This document shows, piece after piece, positions 27,304-39,865 of a stretch of 52,142 nucleotides of DNA. The DNA is from Octopus sinensis. Lineage: Eukaryota. Below the pieces are notes generated by a model that ran no database searches, was not told the origin of the DNA, and worked only from the letters and a program-made list of their open reading frames with translations. The position numbers were made by a program, and so were the translations under genes. Numbering within the stretch: the first letter of the stretch is position 1; each line of letters opens with the position of its first letter. The stretch spans positions 1 through 52,142 of the forward strand of contig NW_021833974.1 of assembly GCF_006345805.1 (NCBI RefSeq), given 5' to 3'.

Positions 27304-27700
27304 TGTTTGCCAATAGAGAAAGAGCTAGTTTCTGACCTAGATCCATGTCTTCTTTCTTGTAATTCGAGCACCATCAACAGGGTATTTTTGCAGGTATGTG
27401 TGCATATGTGCAGTATTTGTAGTCAGTCGTACATATATGTATGTATGTATGTATGTATGTATATATATCGTTGTTCAGTCTATTTCAAGTTTCCTTGCCA
27501 GAGAAAGAACCGGTTTCTAACCTGGATCCAATGTTCCTTCATTGGAATTTCAACATCAACAACACGGAAATTTTGTATGTATGTATGTCATTGTTCAGTT
27601 TATTTCATATTTCCTTGCCAGTAGAGACAGAACCGGTTTCTAACCTAGATCCAAGGTTCCTTCATTAGAATTTCAACATCAACAATACGGTATTTTTGTA
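27304..27700 (-). repeat. ~120-bp dispersed and tandem unit separated by (GTAT)n (3 copies here, a 4th at 4801-4900 on the opposite strand)
   Basis: TTGCCA..GAGAAAGAACCGGTTTCTAACCTAGATCCAAGGTTCCTTCATTGGAATTTCAACATCAACA recurs at ~27307, ~27495 and ~27615, and as the reverse complement at 4801-4870. Confidence 0.82.
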
Positions 27701-28056
27701 TGCATGCATGTATGTATGTATGTATGTATGTATGTATGTATGTATGTATGTATGTATGTATGTGCAAATTTGTATGCTTTATGTATGTATTCTCATGTAT
27801 ATAGTTGCATATCTAGACATGCTAATATATATTTAAATGATAAACTTCTGGAAAGTTTTACAGGTTTTTATTGTTCTAGTGTTGGATTTAATCTGTAGTC
27901 TTAAAATTAGAGTTCTTCTTTCTAATTTCTCGAGATTGGTATTTAGGAAATGTGTTACATATCCCAGCAACCCACTAATTACAGTTATAAATCTGAACTT
28001 GTAATATGGATAGAGTAAATGCCGATTTTTCAATAGTTCAGCGTAGCATTCTCTTT

Positions 28057-28868
28057 TATGTATGTATGTATGTATGTATGTATGTATGTATGTATGTATG
28101 TATGTATGTATGTATGTATGTATGTATGTATGTATGTAGGTATGTATGTATGTATGCATGTATGTATGAATGTATGTATGTATGTATGTGTATGTATGTA
28201 TGTATGTATGTATGTAGGTATGTATGTATGTATGCATGTATGTATGAATGTATGTATGTATGTATGTGTATGTATGTATGTATGTATGTATGTATGTACG
28301 TACGTACGTACGTTCGTATGCATGTATGCATGTATGCATGTATGTATGTAGGTATGTATGTATGTATGCATGTATGTATGAATGTATGTATGTATGTATG
28401 TATGTATGTATGTATGTATGTATGTATGTATGTATGTAGGTATGTATGTATGTATGCATGTATGTATGAATGTATGTATGTATGTATGTGTATGTATGTA
28501 TGTATGTATGTAGTATGACGTCGTACGTACGTTCGTATGCATGTATGCATGTAGCATGTGTTGTATGTATGTGTATGTATGATGATGTATGTATGTATGT
28601 ATGTATGTATGTATGTATGTATGTATGCATGTATGTATGTATGTATGTATGCAGTATGTATGTATGTAGGTATGTATGTATGTATGCATGTATGTATGAA
28701 TGTATGTATGTATGTATGCGTATGTATGTATGTATGTATGTACGTACGTACGTACGTACGTTCGTATTCATGTATGCATGTATGCATGTATGTATGTATG
28801 TATGTATGTATGTATGTATGTATGTATGTATGTATGTATGTATGTATGTATGTATGTATGTATGTATG
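28057..28868. repeat. (GTAT)n array with higher-order variant pattern
   Basis: The block GTAG-GTAT..GCAT..GAAT..GTGT recurs about 5 times, and the GTAC..GTTCGTAT block recurs 3 times. Confidence 0.9.
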
Positions 28869-29851
28869 TGCAAACACATATTTATATGTGCGTGTTCTTG
28901 TTGTGGAGGTGTTTATGCGTGTATATGTATGTAAAATAGCACACTGAAAGAAACTAATAACATATATAGTAGTTATCGTTCCATGGTGAGGAAAGTGGAT
29001 CTTCTCTTGACCGGTTTCGAACCTATTTGGAAATCTTTCTTCATGTTATTTTAACTCTATTTAGTTTAAATGCTTTTTTTCCAAATGAAGTCATGATGAA
29101 CAGCGAGGCACGCATAAATTCAAACACACACACACACACACACGCACGCACACACTCACACACATACACGCACACACACACGCACGCACACACTCACACA
29201 CACACACACACACACATACACACACATACTCACAGACACACACACACATGAGAACATTGAAAAGTTATGGGTGTAGCATTTAACTGCAATTATTTCGGTA
29301 TTGAGGGACTTCGTTTGATCACGCGGTTGTCAGCCTACTAACGAAGCGCAATGAGGACAGGGCGCCCATTCAGCATTCTCCCTCGCATTTCTTAGCGATT
29401 TTCCTCTGCCACTGTTATTTAATTTTTGTATTTAAACACATTACCTCCATAAGATATATTATCTCCGGAAGAATACCGCAGTTAATTTAACTTCCCGAGA
29501 TATAGTTGCATTTAATATGATACACATTTGGCTATTTAAATCTAATAATGCTTCTACTACACATAACGGACAGGCGCGCGCACACACACAAACACAGACA
29601 CATACACAGACACACACACACACACACGCACACACACACCACACACACACACACACACACTCCACGCCCCATACATGCTAAAATGTAAACATTATACTCA
29701 GAATGATACACGTTATATTCTTGTATGTTATACATTTATACATCGTGTATGTATATAGGCAACAGATGTAGATATGTGTATATGCTGTATATGTATACAT
29801 GTATATATGTATACATGTATATATGTATATATGTATACATGTATATATGTG

Positions 29852-29919
<68 letters not shown>

Positions 29920-30033
29920 ATATATATATAGTTATCCGTAATAATGAAGGGTGAAATTAATTAATTTGGAATAATTATCAATTACACAAGTAGTCTCGGC
30001 ATGTAAAAGCCTCATTCGAGGAAAATTTAAGTA

Positions 30034-30218
30034 ATACTAAGCAAAAAGGGTTTAGCAACGAATTGCCTTACCACATACCTGTTTGTGTCGCCTTCCATTG
30101 CTATTTTTACTGAGATCTCCCTTTTTAGTAGAAGAAATAGCTATAACTCTTTGACTGCTATTTCTAAATTCGGTATGTGGTAAGGCAATTCGTTGCTAAA
30201 CCCTTTATTGCTTAGTAT
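30034..30218. repeat. Near-perfect 46-bp inverted repeat with 92-bp spacer
   Basis: ATACTAAGCAAAAAGGGTTTAGCAACGAATTGCCTTACCACATACC (30034-30079) against its reverse complement at 30172-30218, with a single extra A. Confidence 0.9.
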
Positions 30219-30711
30219 ATATATATATATATATTATATGTCATATATGTGTCATATATTATATTATATTATATTATATTATATGTCATATATGTGTATA
30301 TGTATATACATATACGTTGTATGCAGGTATGTATATAAGATATCCACCTACATATACATACGTGTTCACATACACATATACACACACATATATATACACG
30401 TATACATACGCATACACATATACAATTATATAACGTGTATAATCGCAAAGTACACCCACGCAGGTATGAAGGCATAAATGGAAAGGAAGGTCGATCTGTT
30501 GATTAATGGCGGTTGGCGATAGATGTAGAGAGTGGTAGTCCGGTAGGCAGGTAGGTTTATAGGTAAGCATGTGTAGGTAACGGGTGCATATAAGGTGGTG
30601 GGGACCGTTTTAGAGTTCGAGGGGTGGGTGGGCGTGGTTAGGGTGGAAGCTACCCTATATGTTTCATGTAATTGCTTTTGGATTTTTTACTGATATTTAC
30701 ATTTTACACCA

Positions 30712-30748
30712 TTATTGTTATCATCATCATCATCATCGTCATCATCAC

Positions 30749-30787
<39 letters not shown>

Positions 30788-30845
30788 CATCATCTCATCA
30801 TCATTATTATTATTGCTCCCGTTGTTGTTTTTGTTATTATTATCA

Positions 30846-30904
<59 letters not shown>

Positions 30905-30983
30905 TATTATTTTTATTATTATTGTTATTATTATAGTTGCTGCTGTTGCTGGCGCTATCATCATCATCATCATCGCCACCACC

Positions 30984-31014
<31 letters not shown>

Positions 31015-31053
31015 CCATCATTATCATCATCACCACCACCACCATCGTCTTCG

Positions 31054-31089
<36 letters not shown>

Positions 31090-31168
31090 GCATCATCATC
31101 AGCATCATCATCAGCATCATCATCAGCATCATCATCAGCATCATTATTATTGTTGCTGTTGTTATTGC
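30712..31168. repeat. Compound trinucleotide microsatellite (CAT/TAT/CAC/CAG)
   Basis: Read directly from the sequence; it generates the homopolymeric ORFs in all frames. Confidence 0.95.
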
Positions 31169-32309
31169 TATATTTTTTCCTTTGGTAACTGAATTTCGTA
31201 GTTTTATCGATCTAGTGCAAAACATAGCACTTAATACTCGTGGCGATGGTATTCACTACATATGAATATATGTTGTATCTGTATAGATGTATGTATATAT
31301 ATATTCGATGTAACTATGTATATTTGCTATATATATATGCATACATGTATGTGTATATGTATTGTATGTGTTTTATGTCAGTATGTATATATGCATGTAT
31401 ATATTATATGTAGGTATATATATATATATGTTATATATCTATATTTGTATGCACACATATATACTGTATGTAGCTATGAATATATGTCATATACGCATGT
31501 ATGTATGCATGCATGTACAAACGTACGTATGCATGTATGTATGTTTTTATATACGTACGTACATACGTATGTATGTATGTATGTATGCATGTATGTATGT
31601 ATGTTTGTATCCATGTATGTATTCCTGCATATATCTATATGTGTATAAATTTATGTGTGCGCGTGTATGCATAGATGTGTGTGTGTGTGTGTGTGAATGT
31701 ATAACACAATATATGAATATGTCAAGCTAGAATCAAGCACGATTCTTTTTCTTTAGAAGTTTTCACGTTTACCGAGGTTTGAAGAATTCGTATACGCAAG
31801 ATATGTTTGTATGTATGTATGTATGTATGTATGTATGTATGTATGTATGTATGTATGTATGTATGTATGTATGTATGTATGTATTAATGTATGTATGTAT
31901 GTATGTATGTATGTATGTATTAATGTATGTATGTATGTATGTATGTGTGTATTTATGTATGTATGTATGTATGTATGTATGTGTGTGTGTATTTGTGTGT
32001 ATGTATGTATGTATGTGTGTAAGTATGTATGCGTGTATGTATATATGTATGTGTGTATGTATGTATGTGTGTGTATGTATGTACGTATATGTGGATGTCT
32101 GAATGTATGCTTGTGTGTATGTATGTATATATGTGTGTGTGTATGTATGTGTGTATGTATATATATGTGTGTGTATGTATGTGTGTATGTATATATGTAT
32201 TTATGCATGTATGTATATATGTATGTATGTATGTATGCATGTACGTATGTATGTTTGTATGTATACAAACACACATATACATTATATACAGATACCTAAC
32301 CATATATGA

Positions 32310-32359
<50 letters not shown>

Positions 32360-32475
32360 GCGTGTGTGTGTATATAACATACATGCACAGTTATATATGT
32401 GTGTATGCATAAGTACATATCAGTATGTGTGCGCGTGTGTATGTCTACATATATTAATGCATGTATCTCTCTGCG

Positions 32476-32552
<77 letters not shown>

Positions 32553-33472
32553 GTACATACAATCACATGTGTATATACATTCATATGTACATATATAAAG
32601 GTACATGTGAGTGTGTATCGACGTCTATAATTTTGTACATATATATATATATGTGTGTTTGTGTGTATGTATGTATGTATGTATGTATATATGTATGTAT
32701 GTATGTACGTATGTATGCTTACACGCAAATACCCACACAGTGGACTTCGTCTTTATGTATACATACACACATATAGGAGCATACGTACCAACAGACATAT
32801 ACACAACTTACTCTAAGTAAATGACACACAGATACACACACACACACACACATAGACACACACATATACACATGAATATAAACGCACACTCTAAGCAGCA
32901 ACATTACAAAGAAAAGTATTAAAAATAATGTGAATCGAATAAGTCTTTAGAAACTACAAAAAGCCCTCCTCCTGATCCCCCCCCCTCAACAAAAACAGCA
33001 ACAACAAAAACAATAACAAGTATGGCATCAAAAACAAGAGAAGTACATATTTGATAAGTCTGCTAATGGCCTATGCCACTGTTCCTCTGGGGTGCATTAA
33101 ATATTGGAAATGTAGAATAACTTAAAGACGCACGCACACACACAAACACACCAACACACACACGCACATACTTACAAACGTATGTAGCTATGTGTACATA
33201 TCTCTATATACCCACCTACCAACCTACCTACATACCTTCCTACCAACTTACAAACATACATACTTACATACCTACATACATACATATATACGGACAGGTA
33301 TGTATGTTATGTAGATACGCCGTATTTAATCATGTATAGGACGCATTACTTTATACTTGATTTTAAATGAAAAAAAATTACAATTAAGAAGGGAAAAATG
33401 TTCATATCCTGATTTATCACTAAATTAGGGGTTTGATTCATACACTAGTAAATAGCGTAATTTATATATATA

Positions 33473-33556
<84 letters not shown>

Positions 33557-33789
33557 CGTGTGTGTGTATAAAATTTAACATAAACAGCTATCCGCAATAA
33601 AATACCATTTTGCAAGAAATAAATGTCAATAGCTCTCAATGCTGTAAGAAACCGCCACATGACCACCTGTAGAACCCTGTACAAGACTAATTTCGCTTAT
33701 CAGTCGTAGGCTCGTGTGTAGCGAGTACTCGCATGCATGCACATACATACATTTTTTTATCCATTATTCTTTCAATCCTTTTACAGCAT

Positions 33790-35440
33790 CCCCTCTGTTG
33801 TGCCGGCTTCAAGAATTTTAGATTCACGAATCGATCTCAGAACCCTTTCTTATATACCTTGTTGTTTCATATTTACGCCAGAATTGTGGCGTCAGCCACG
33901 CCCAATATGGCATTCAGCAATGAGGTAGGGTGAAGAATGACTTGTACAACTACCAACTCTGTTAGAGAACATTTACACGAAAACAGCGAGACAATAACAC
34001 AACAGAACAACAACAATCTTAACAACAGTCATCGCCGTAAAAAAAATAGCGACGACGACGACACGACGACAAAATGGTGGTGATGGATGGGGTTGACCCA
34101 TAAGCGGGCAATCTTTTGTCGGGATGTCGGTGACGTCAGCACAATTGTTTTCTCCCTAAATGACAAGGCGGCATACCTGAAACAGGTGGCATAATTTATG
34201 GAAGTTTGGTAGCAACTGTTAGGGTACGAGGTTGTAACGTTGTATGTTGAAAAAATCCCGTCACTTAGAAGCAGTAAACGCAACAAGGTGAAAAGAGTCC
34301 TCAAAAAAATATGGGCAGATATAGATCATGCTACCAGGGCAAAGTAGTCCAGGAGCGAGGAAGTCACTTTAATGATGCGTTTACCCTGAAACACTCAACA
34401 GTTCTCGTACGCGAGAAGAAACTCATCCTCTATCCAGTATATTTAAGGAGCAGGACATGTCGAGTTAAGATAGAGTTCCACCTGAGTTGGACATCTGGTA
34501 GCAGTTGGTTCGTGTTGTCTTGGAGGGTGTCGATACTCTTCTCAGCATCGAACAAACGGAGAGGAAGTTCTAATTTGGGATCACACTGGAGATCCTCCTC
34601 CAAAGTAGACCGGGAAATGTGGAAAGAATACCAGCCATTAATCACTTGCTCACTGAAATCAACCTGCGTGTTCCGTTTGACAACAGAAGGCCAAGGTGTC
34701 ATTTGTACTGAAGGCCACTTAAGAGCTTTCTGTTTTCAAAACAAAAACCAAAAAACGAAAGAAGGCTCACTATAACCGACACAAAGCACACTAAAGTTGT
34801 TACAACAGCAGAGTACAGCACTAATAGCAGTGGCGTCGATGAGAACAAGATAGTGGCACCAATGCTAACAACAGTAGCAATAGCAGCTGTGATATCAACA
34901 GCATTAACAGTACCAACATCAGCATCCTAAGGGCCAGCAGTAGTCACCCAAAGGAGTCTTAAAATTTCATGGAGACCGAGTCTAAGGGCTCACCAATTGG
35001 GTAAGTAATCCGTTTCCTTTCCCCTCCCACTTTTCTACCAATATGGCCGCTCTGAGAGTGATGTGTATAAACGCACATGTCCTGAAGTAAGCCTTGAAGC
35101 AGGGTCACCTCCTTAGTGATCTCAGGTCTCTAGATTTTAATGTGATTGCCATCTGTGTGACCATGACTTTCGACACGCCCCTCAGCATGAATCTTTAATG
35201 GCTTTGAGATCTTCGCATCGCTTACTCGACCCAGAAAGACTTGGGCCTCGGGATACATCCAATCTTCATGGACCTGGATGATGAAACGATTGTCATAGAT
35301 GTGAACAGTAGCGAAGGGGCTGCTATTTAACTAACCACTGTATTGGACTGGACAGCTTGATTTCTTCAAACACGTGGAGGTTTTCCTGTGACCGCTCATT
35401 TCTTTAATATCGGTTAGGCACTGGAACGTCATTTTGGCAA
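33790..35440 (+). mobile_element. Old, degenerate L1/Tx1-like LINE 5' half (ORF1 with CCHC knuckle and start of ORF2 endonuclease)
   Basis: At ~34675-34732, RRPRCHL../EGHLRAFC across a frameshift gives a gag-type knuckle. From ATG 35043, MAALRVMCINAHVLK*ALKQGHLLSDLRSLDFNVIAICVT and later IHPIFMDLDDETIVIDVNSSEG parallel the ORF2 N-terminus at 48586. Boundaries are approximate. Confidence 0.7.
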
Positions 35441-35977
35441 ACTTTTGCTCATTAAAAAACTCCGAATCACCAACCACCCAGTCAGCCAGCCATTCTGCAC
35501 GAATATTAAATAATAAAAAACGAATTAATTATGATTTGGTTCCACATGTCCAAATTCTTCCTTGAACATTTCGAAGAGTAAACCACTAATGAATGACAGC
35601 CGTAAGACAACTATTTACACAGCTTATACCAACTAAATTCCTCCTGTTACTTTCTAATCTGCTAAAATGTACGGTCGACCGAACGAACGAAACTGCCTGC
35701 GATTCCTATCAGTCTTAATAAGTTACACACCTCATATGCACACATAAATATGCATATGTTTACATTATACACATGTATACACTTATTTGTCTGTATACAT
35801 ATATATGTGTATGTGTGTATGTATATATATATAAAGATATATATATATACATATATATATATATATGCAGATAAGCATATATATATGTATATGTACATAA
35901 GTATATATATATATACATGTATATATATGTATATACATGTATATATATGAATATGTATGTATATATATATATATATT

Positions 35978-36009
<32 letters not shown>

Positions 36010-36028
36010 TATACATATATATATATAT

Positions 36029-36061
<33 letters not shown>

Positions 36062-36076
36062 AATATATAATATATA

Positions 36077-36154
<78 letters not shown>

Positions 36155-37165
36155 ACGTATGTATATATGTATATTACTCGTCCATAGCATTTGAATGAGT
36201 ACGGAAAACGAAAAAGGAAGATAACTGATAAATAGATAAGAAATGAGAAGAAAACTTACTTTTATTTTTATTAATTTTTATCGTTACGTTTTTGAAAGTT
36301 TTTTTTTTGGCATATCAACGAAAAATAAAACAAAAATGCTGAGTAAATAAATCATAAAACAAAAACGAAAGTAAGTCCTCTCGATTGGCAGCCAAACAGT
36401 ACAAGATTACTTCCTGTTTAATTTTAAAACTTACTTCCTGTTTACCATCGTTCAGAAGTCCAAAATATACGAAGGAAAATATATATAAAACTAAAAAAAT
36501 TAACACATTTCTATCTGCCTGCTTGCTTGTCTGTTTGCCTACCAGTCTGTCTTTCTGTCTGTCGGTCTATCTGTTTGTCTGTCTGTCTCTGTATATGTTT
36601 GTATATATATACATTTCTATATCTATACTGTTATACACTGACGCAGACACACACACAGGCACATACACACGCACACACACTCACTCTCTCTCACATACAC
36701 ACACACACACATATAAAATGAAGATGAGAAAATTTCACTAAAATAAATTGACAGTAAAAACCAACTTTAATGAAAAACAAGAAAACTGATGAACAAAATG
36801 AAGAAATAAAGTAAAAATTTACGTAAGGGCAATCATTGAAATCCATCGCTAAAAATACGACGCCCCCCCCGCAATCAATTTAGAAATTAACAATCATTAT
36901 ATTGCGTAGAAATTTTTACTATTATGTAGGTTTTTTTTCTCATTAAGATTTTTTGCAGCATTTATGTATTTATTTATGTACTTATTTATCTTACGACGTG
37001 CTCAATGTTCCATAACGTCGTTTCACTTCACTACCAACTTCCGGTACATATTACCGCTTCCTGGTTTACTCATTTTTAAAATAGTAACGCTTGTTAGTGA
37101 TAAGGTTGCTCGCGATAATGATGATAACAAGGACAATAATAACAACAGAAATAATAATAATAATG

Positions 37166-37220
<55 letters not shown>

Positions 37221-37458
37221 CAATGATGATAATTCATTCTATTATAAGCAGAAGGACTGAAATTTGGGGGAGGAGGATAGTCGGTTACATCGGCCCCAGT
37301 ACTCAACTGGTACTTGATTTATCGACCCCGAAAGAATGAATGAAAGATAAAGTTGACCTCGGTGGAATTTGAACACAGAACGTAGCGACGGGTGAAATAC
37401 CGCTAAACATTTCGTCCAGCATGCTTACAATTCTGGCAGCTCGCTGCCTCAATAATAC

Positions 37459-37581
<123 letters not shown>

Positions 37582-37728
37582 TAATAATAATGATAATAAT
37601 TATAATTATAATAATATTAGTAATAATAATAATAATAGTAAGAGTTTATCGTAGCAACCCAAGATCAATGCCTAACTACAAGGAACTTCCAGGCCAACAT
37701 ATTAATGAACGGCAGTAGCCCAACATGT

Positions 37729-38880
37729 GAATCTAGTGAAGGCTGTAAATACTTATACAGTGTCATTACTTCGATATTGAGCAGCTTTTGTAGATTGGAC
37801 AAAAACTGAATTAGCAAAGCTAGACAGAAAAGCTAGAAAGGAATTCAATATGAATGAAGGACTCCACCCAAGCACAGGAGTAGCAAAATTATTGTTACCA
37901 AGAAAGGAAGGTGGAAGAGGGCTAATATCAGTAGAAGAATGCGTGGAGTTAGCTAGAGTAGATATAGAATCCTATGTAGGTAATACTGAAAAAAGTTTAT
38001 CAGAAGCTGCTCGAGTCACAATAAGACGTAGGGAAGTCAAAACACCAAACGACTTAAACACCAGAAAAAAGAACAGAAATTATCAGACTGGCAAGAGACG
38101 TTGCATAGTAGATTCCCAAAGATAGTTTCCGCAAATAGTAGTAGTGAGACATGGTTATAGCTGTAGAAGGGGGAGACAGAAAGTTTGTTAGTAGCTGCAT
38201 GAGATCAGGCATTAAGGACTAATTTGATAGACGGCAAAATAGACAAAAACCATTGCAGATTCCCACTGTTGATTATGCAAATCAAACGAGGAAAGCGTTA
38301 TTCATATAGTAAGTGTATGTAGCATGGTGGCACGGAAAGAATACATGACAATCTAGGGAGAGAAATCCACTAGGAGGTTTGTAGAAGCCTAAGATTTTAA
38401 CATACTGATAAATGGTATGAACAAGAATTTAGTAAAGTACTATAAAGTAAGCAGTACAAGATGTTGTGGGACTTTAACATTCAGACTAATACAGTAATAA
38501 AAGCTAGAAGGGCTGATTTGGTTGTTGTAGAAAAAGACAAGAGAAAGTGCCAGACGATTGACTTTACACTCCCCAATGATGAAAACTTAATATGGAGAAG
38601 TATAGAAAAAATAGCAAAGTACCAGGACCTGGCTATTGAATTGCAGAGACTATTGAAAGTGCTGGTAAAATGTATCCCAGTAGTTATAGGTGCATTGGGA
38701 ACTATCCCTAAATATCTTAACAGATGGATGCATAACGCCCAGTTTAGTACAGCTGCAGAAAACAGCATTATTAGGGACAGCTAGGATACTTTGGAGGGTT
38801 CTTGGCACCTAAGGCAACTTGTAGCCCAATGTTAGGATACTTTTCTTTTCCAACTGTCTAATTTGTTGAGTGTATATGAA
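37729..38880 (+). mobile_element. Degenerate R4/Dong-like LINE 3' portion (post-RT region, CCHC, RLE), a second family
   Basis: Motifs VKAVNTY..LRY, LDRKARK, LPRKEGGRGLISVE, LCKSNEESVIHIVSVC, LWDFNIQT..IKARRADLVVV, KIAKYQDL, IPVVIGALG, LQKTALLGTARIL. Followed by AAT-type repeat. Confidence 0.85.
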
Positions 38881-39236
38881 TAATGATAATTATTATTATA
38901 AAATAATCCTTTCTACTATAGGTGAGGGGTTCGTTGATTACACTGACCCCCACCCTAGTGGTTCACTGGTACTTATTTCATCGACCCTGAAAAGATGAAA
39001 GGCAAAGTTGGCCTCGGCGAAATTTGAACTCTGAATTATTTCAAATTTTGACATAGGTCAGCTATTTAGGGGGAAGGTGTAAGTCGATTAAATCGACCCC
39101 AGTTCTCAACTGATACTTAATTTATCGACACCGATTGCTTGAAAGATAAAATCGACCTCGGCGGAATTTGAACTTAGAACATAAAGATGGACGAAATACG
39201 TCGAAGTATTTCGCCCGGCATGCTTTGATGATGATG

Positions 39237-39329
<93 letters not shown>

Positions 39330-39349
39330 GTAATAATAATGATAATAAT

Positions 39350-39794
39350 AATTCTGCTCAATACCACAGATTTGCTTGTCAGTTGTTTGACTTTAACCAG
39401 TTGAGCATGTCCCTTAGTGGCTGACGATATGTGCATCTCTGATCACGAGAAGAAGTAGTGGGGGAGCATCATAGCCATGTGTTGAGAGGGATTCTTTGGG
39501 GTTTGAATGATTTACCCCTGGAAACATGGGTGGTTCTTTCAACATCCTTAAACAACCCTTATTCAGGGACCTTTTGAGCGGGATGGGCTACTCAACCTGA
39601 AGAAATTTCTAACTGAGCCTCACCTGCAAGGTCATGTGCTGTTTATCTTGATATGAGATCACCATGTCGCGCATATATGGTTGTGATGCATGTGCCTGGT
39701 GTACCCTTATCAGACGGGTAGTCATGATGGGTATATTGGGCTTCGTATATTTTACCCCAGTGTCACTTTGATGGCATGAACTGCTCTCTCACTC
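39350..39794 (+). mobile_element. 5'-truncated copy of the ~550-bp AAT-flanked repeat
   Basis: Matches 16786-17230, with (AAT)n on both sides. Confidence 0.88.
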
Positions 39795-39846
<52 letters not shown>

Positions 39847-39865
39847 TAATAATAATAATAATAAT

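Noticed and set aside
27833-28947. Long ORFs (up to 348 aa) of HTYI/MYVC repeats, and all similar YI/HT/CV ORFs
   Set aside because: They are translations of (GTAT)n, (AT)n and (GT)n, which lack stop codons. There is no coding signal.
30659-31265. Poly-His, poly-Ile and poly-Ser ORFs
   Set aside because: A compound trinucleotide microsatellite that is open in most frames on both strands.
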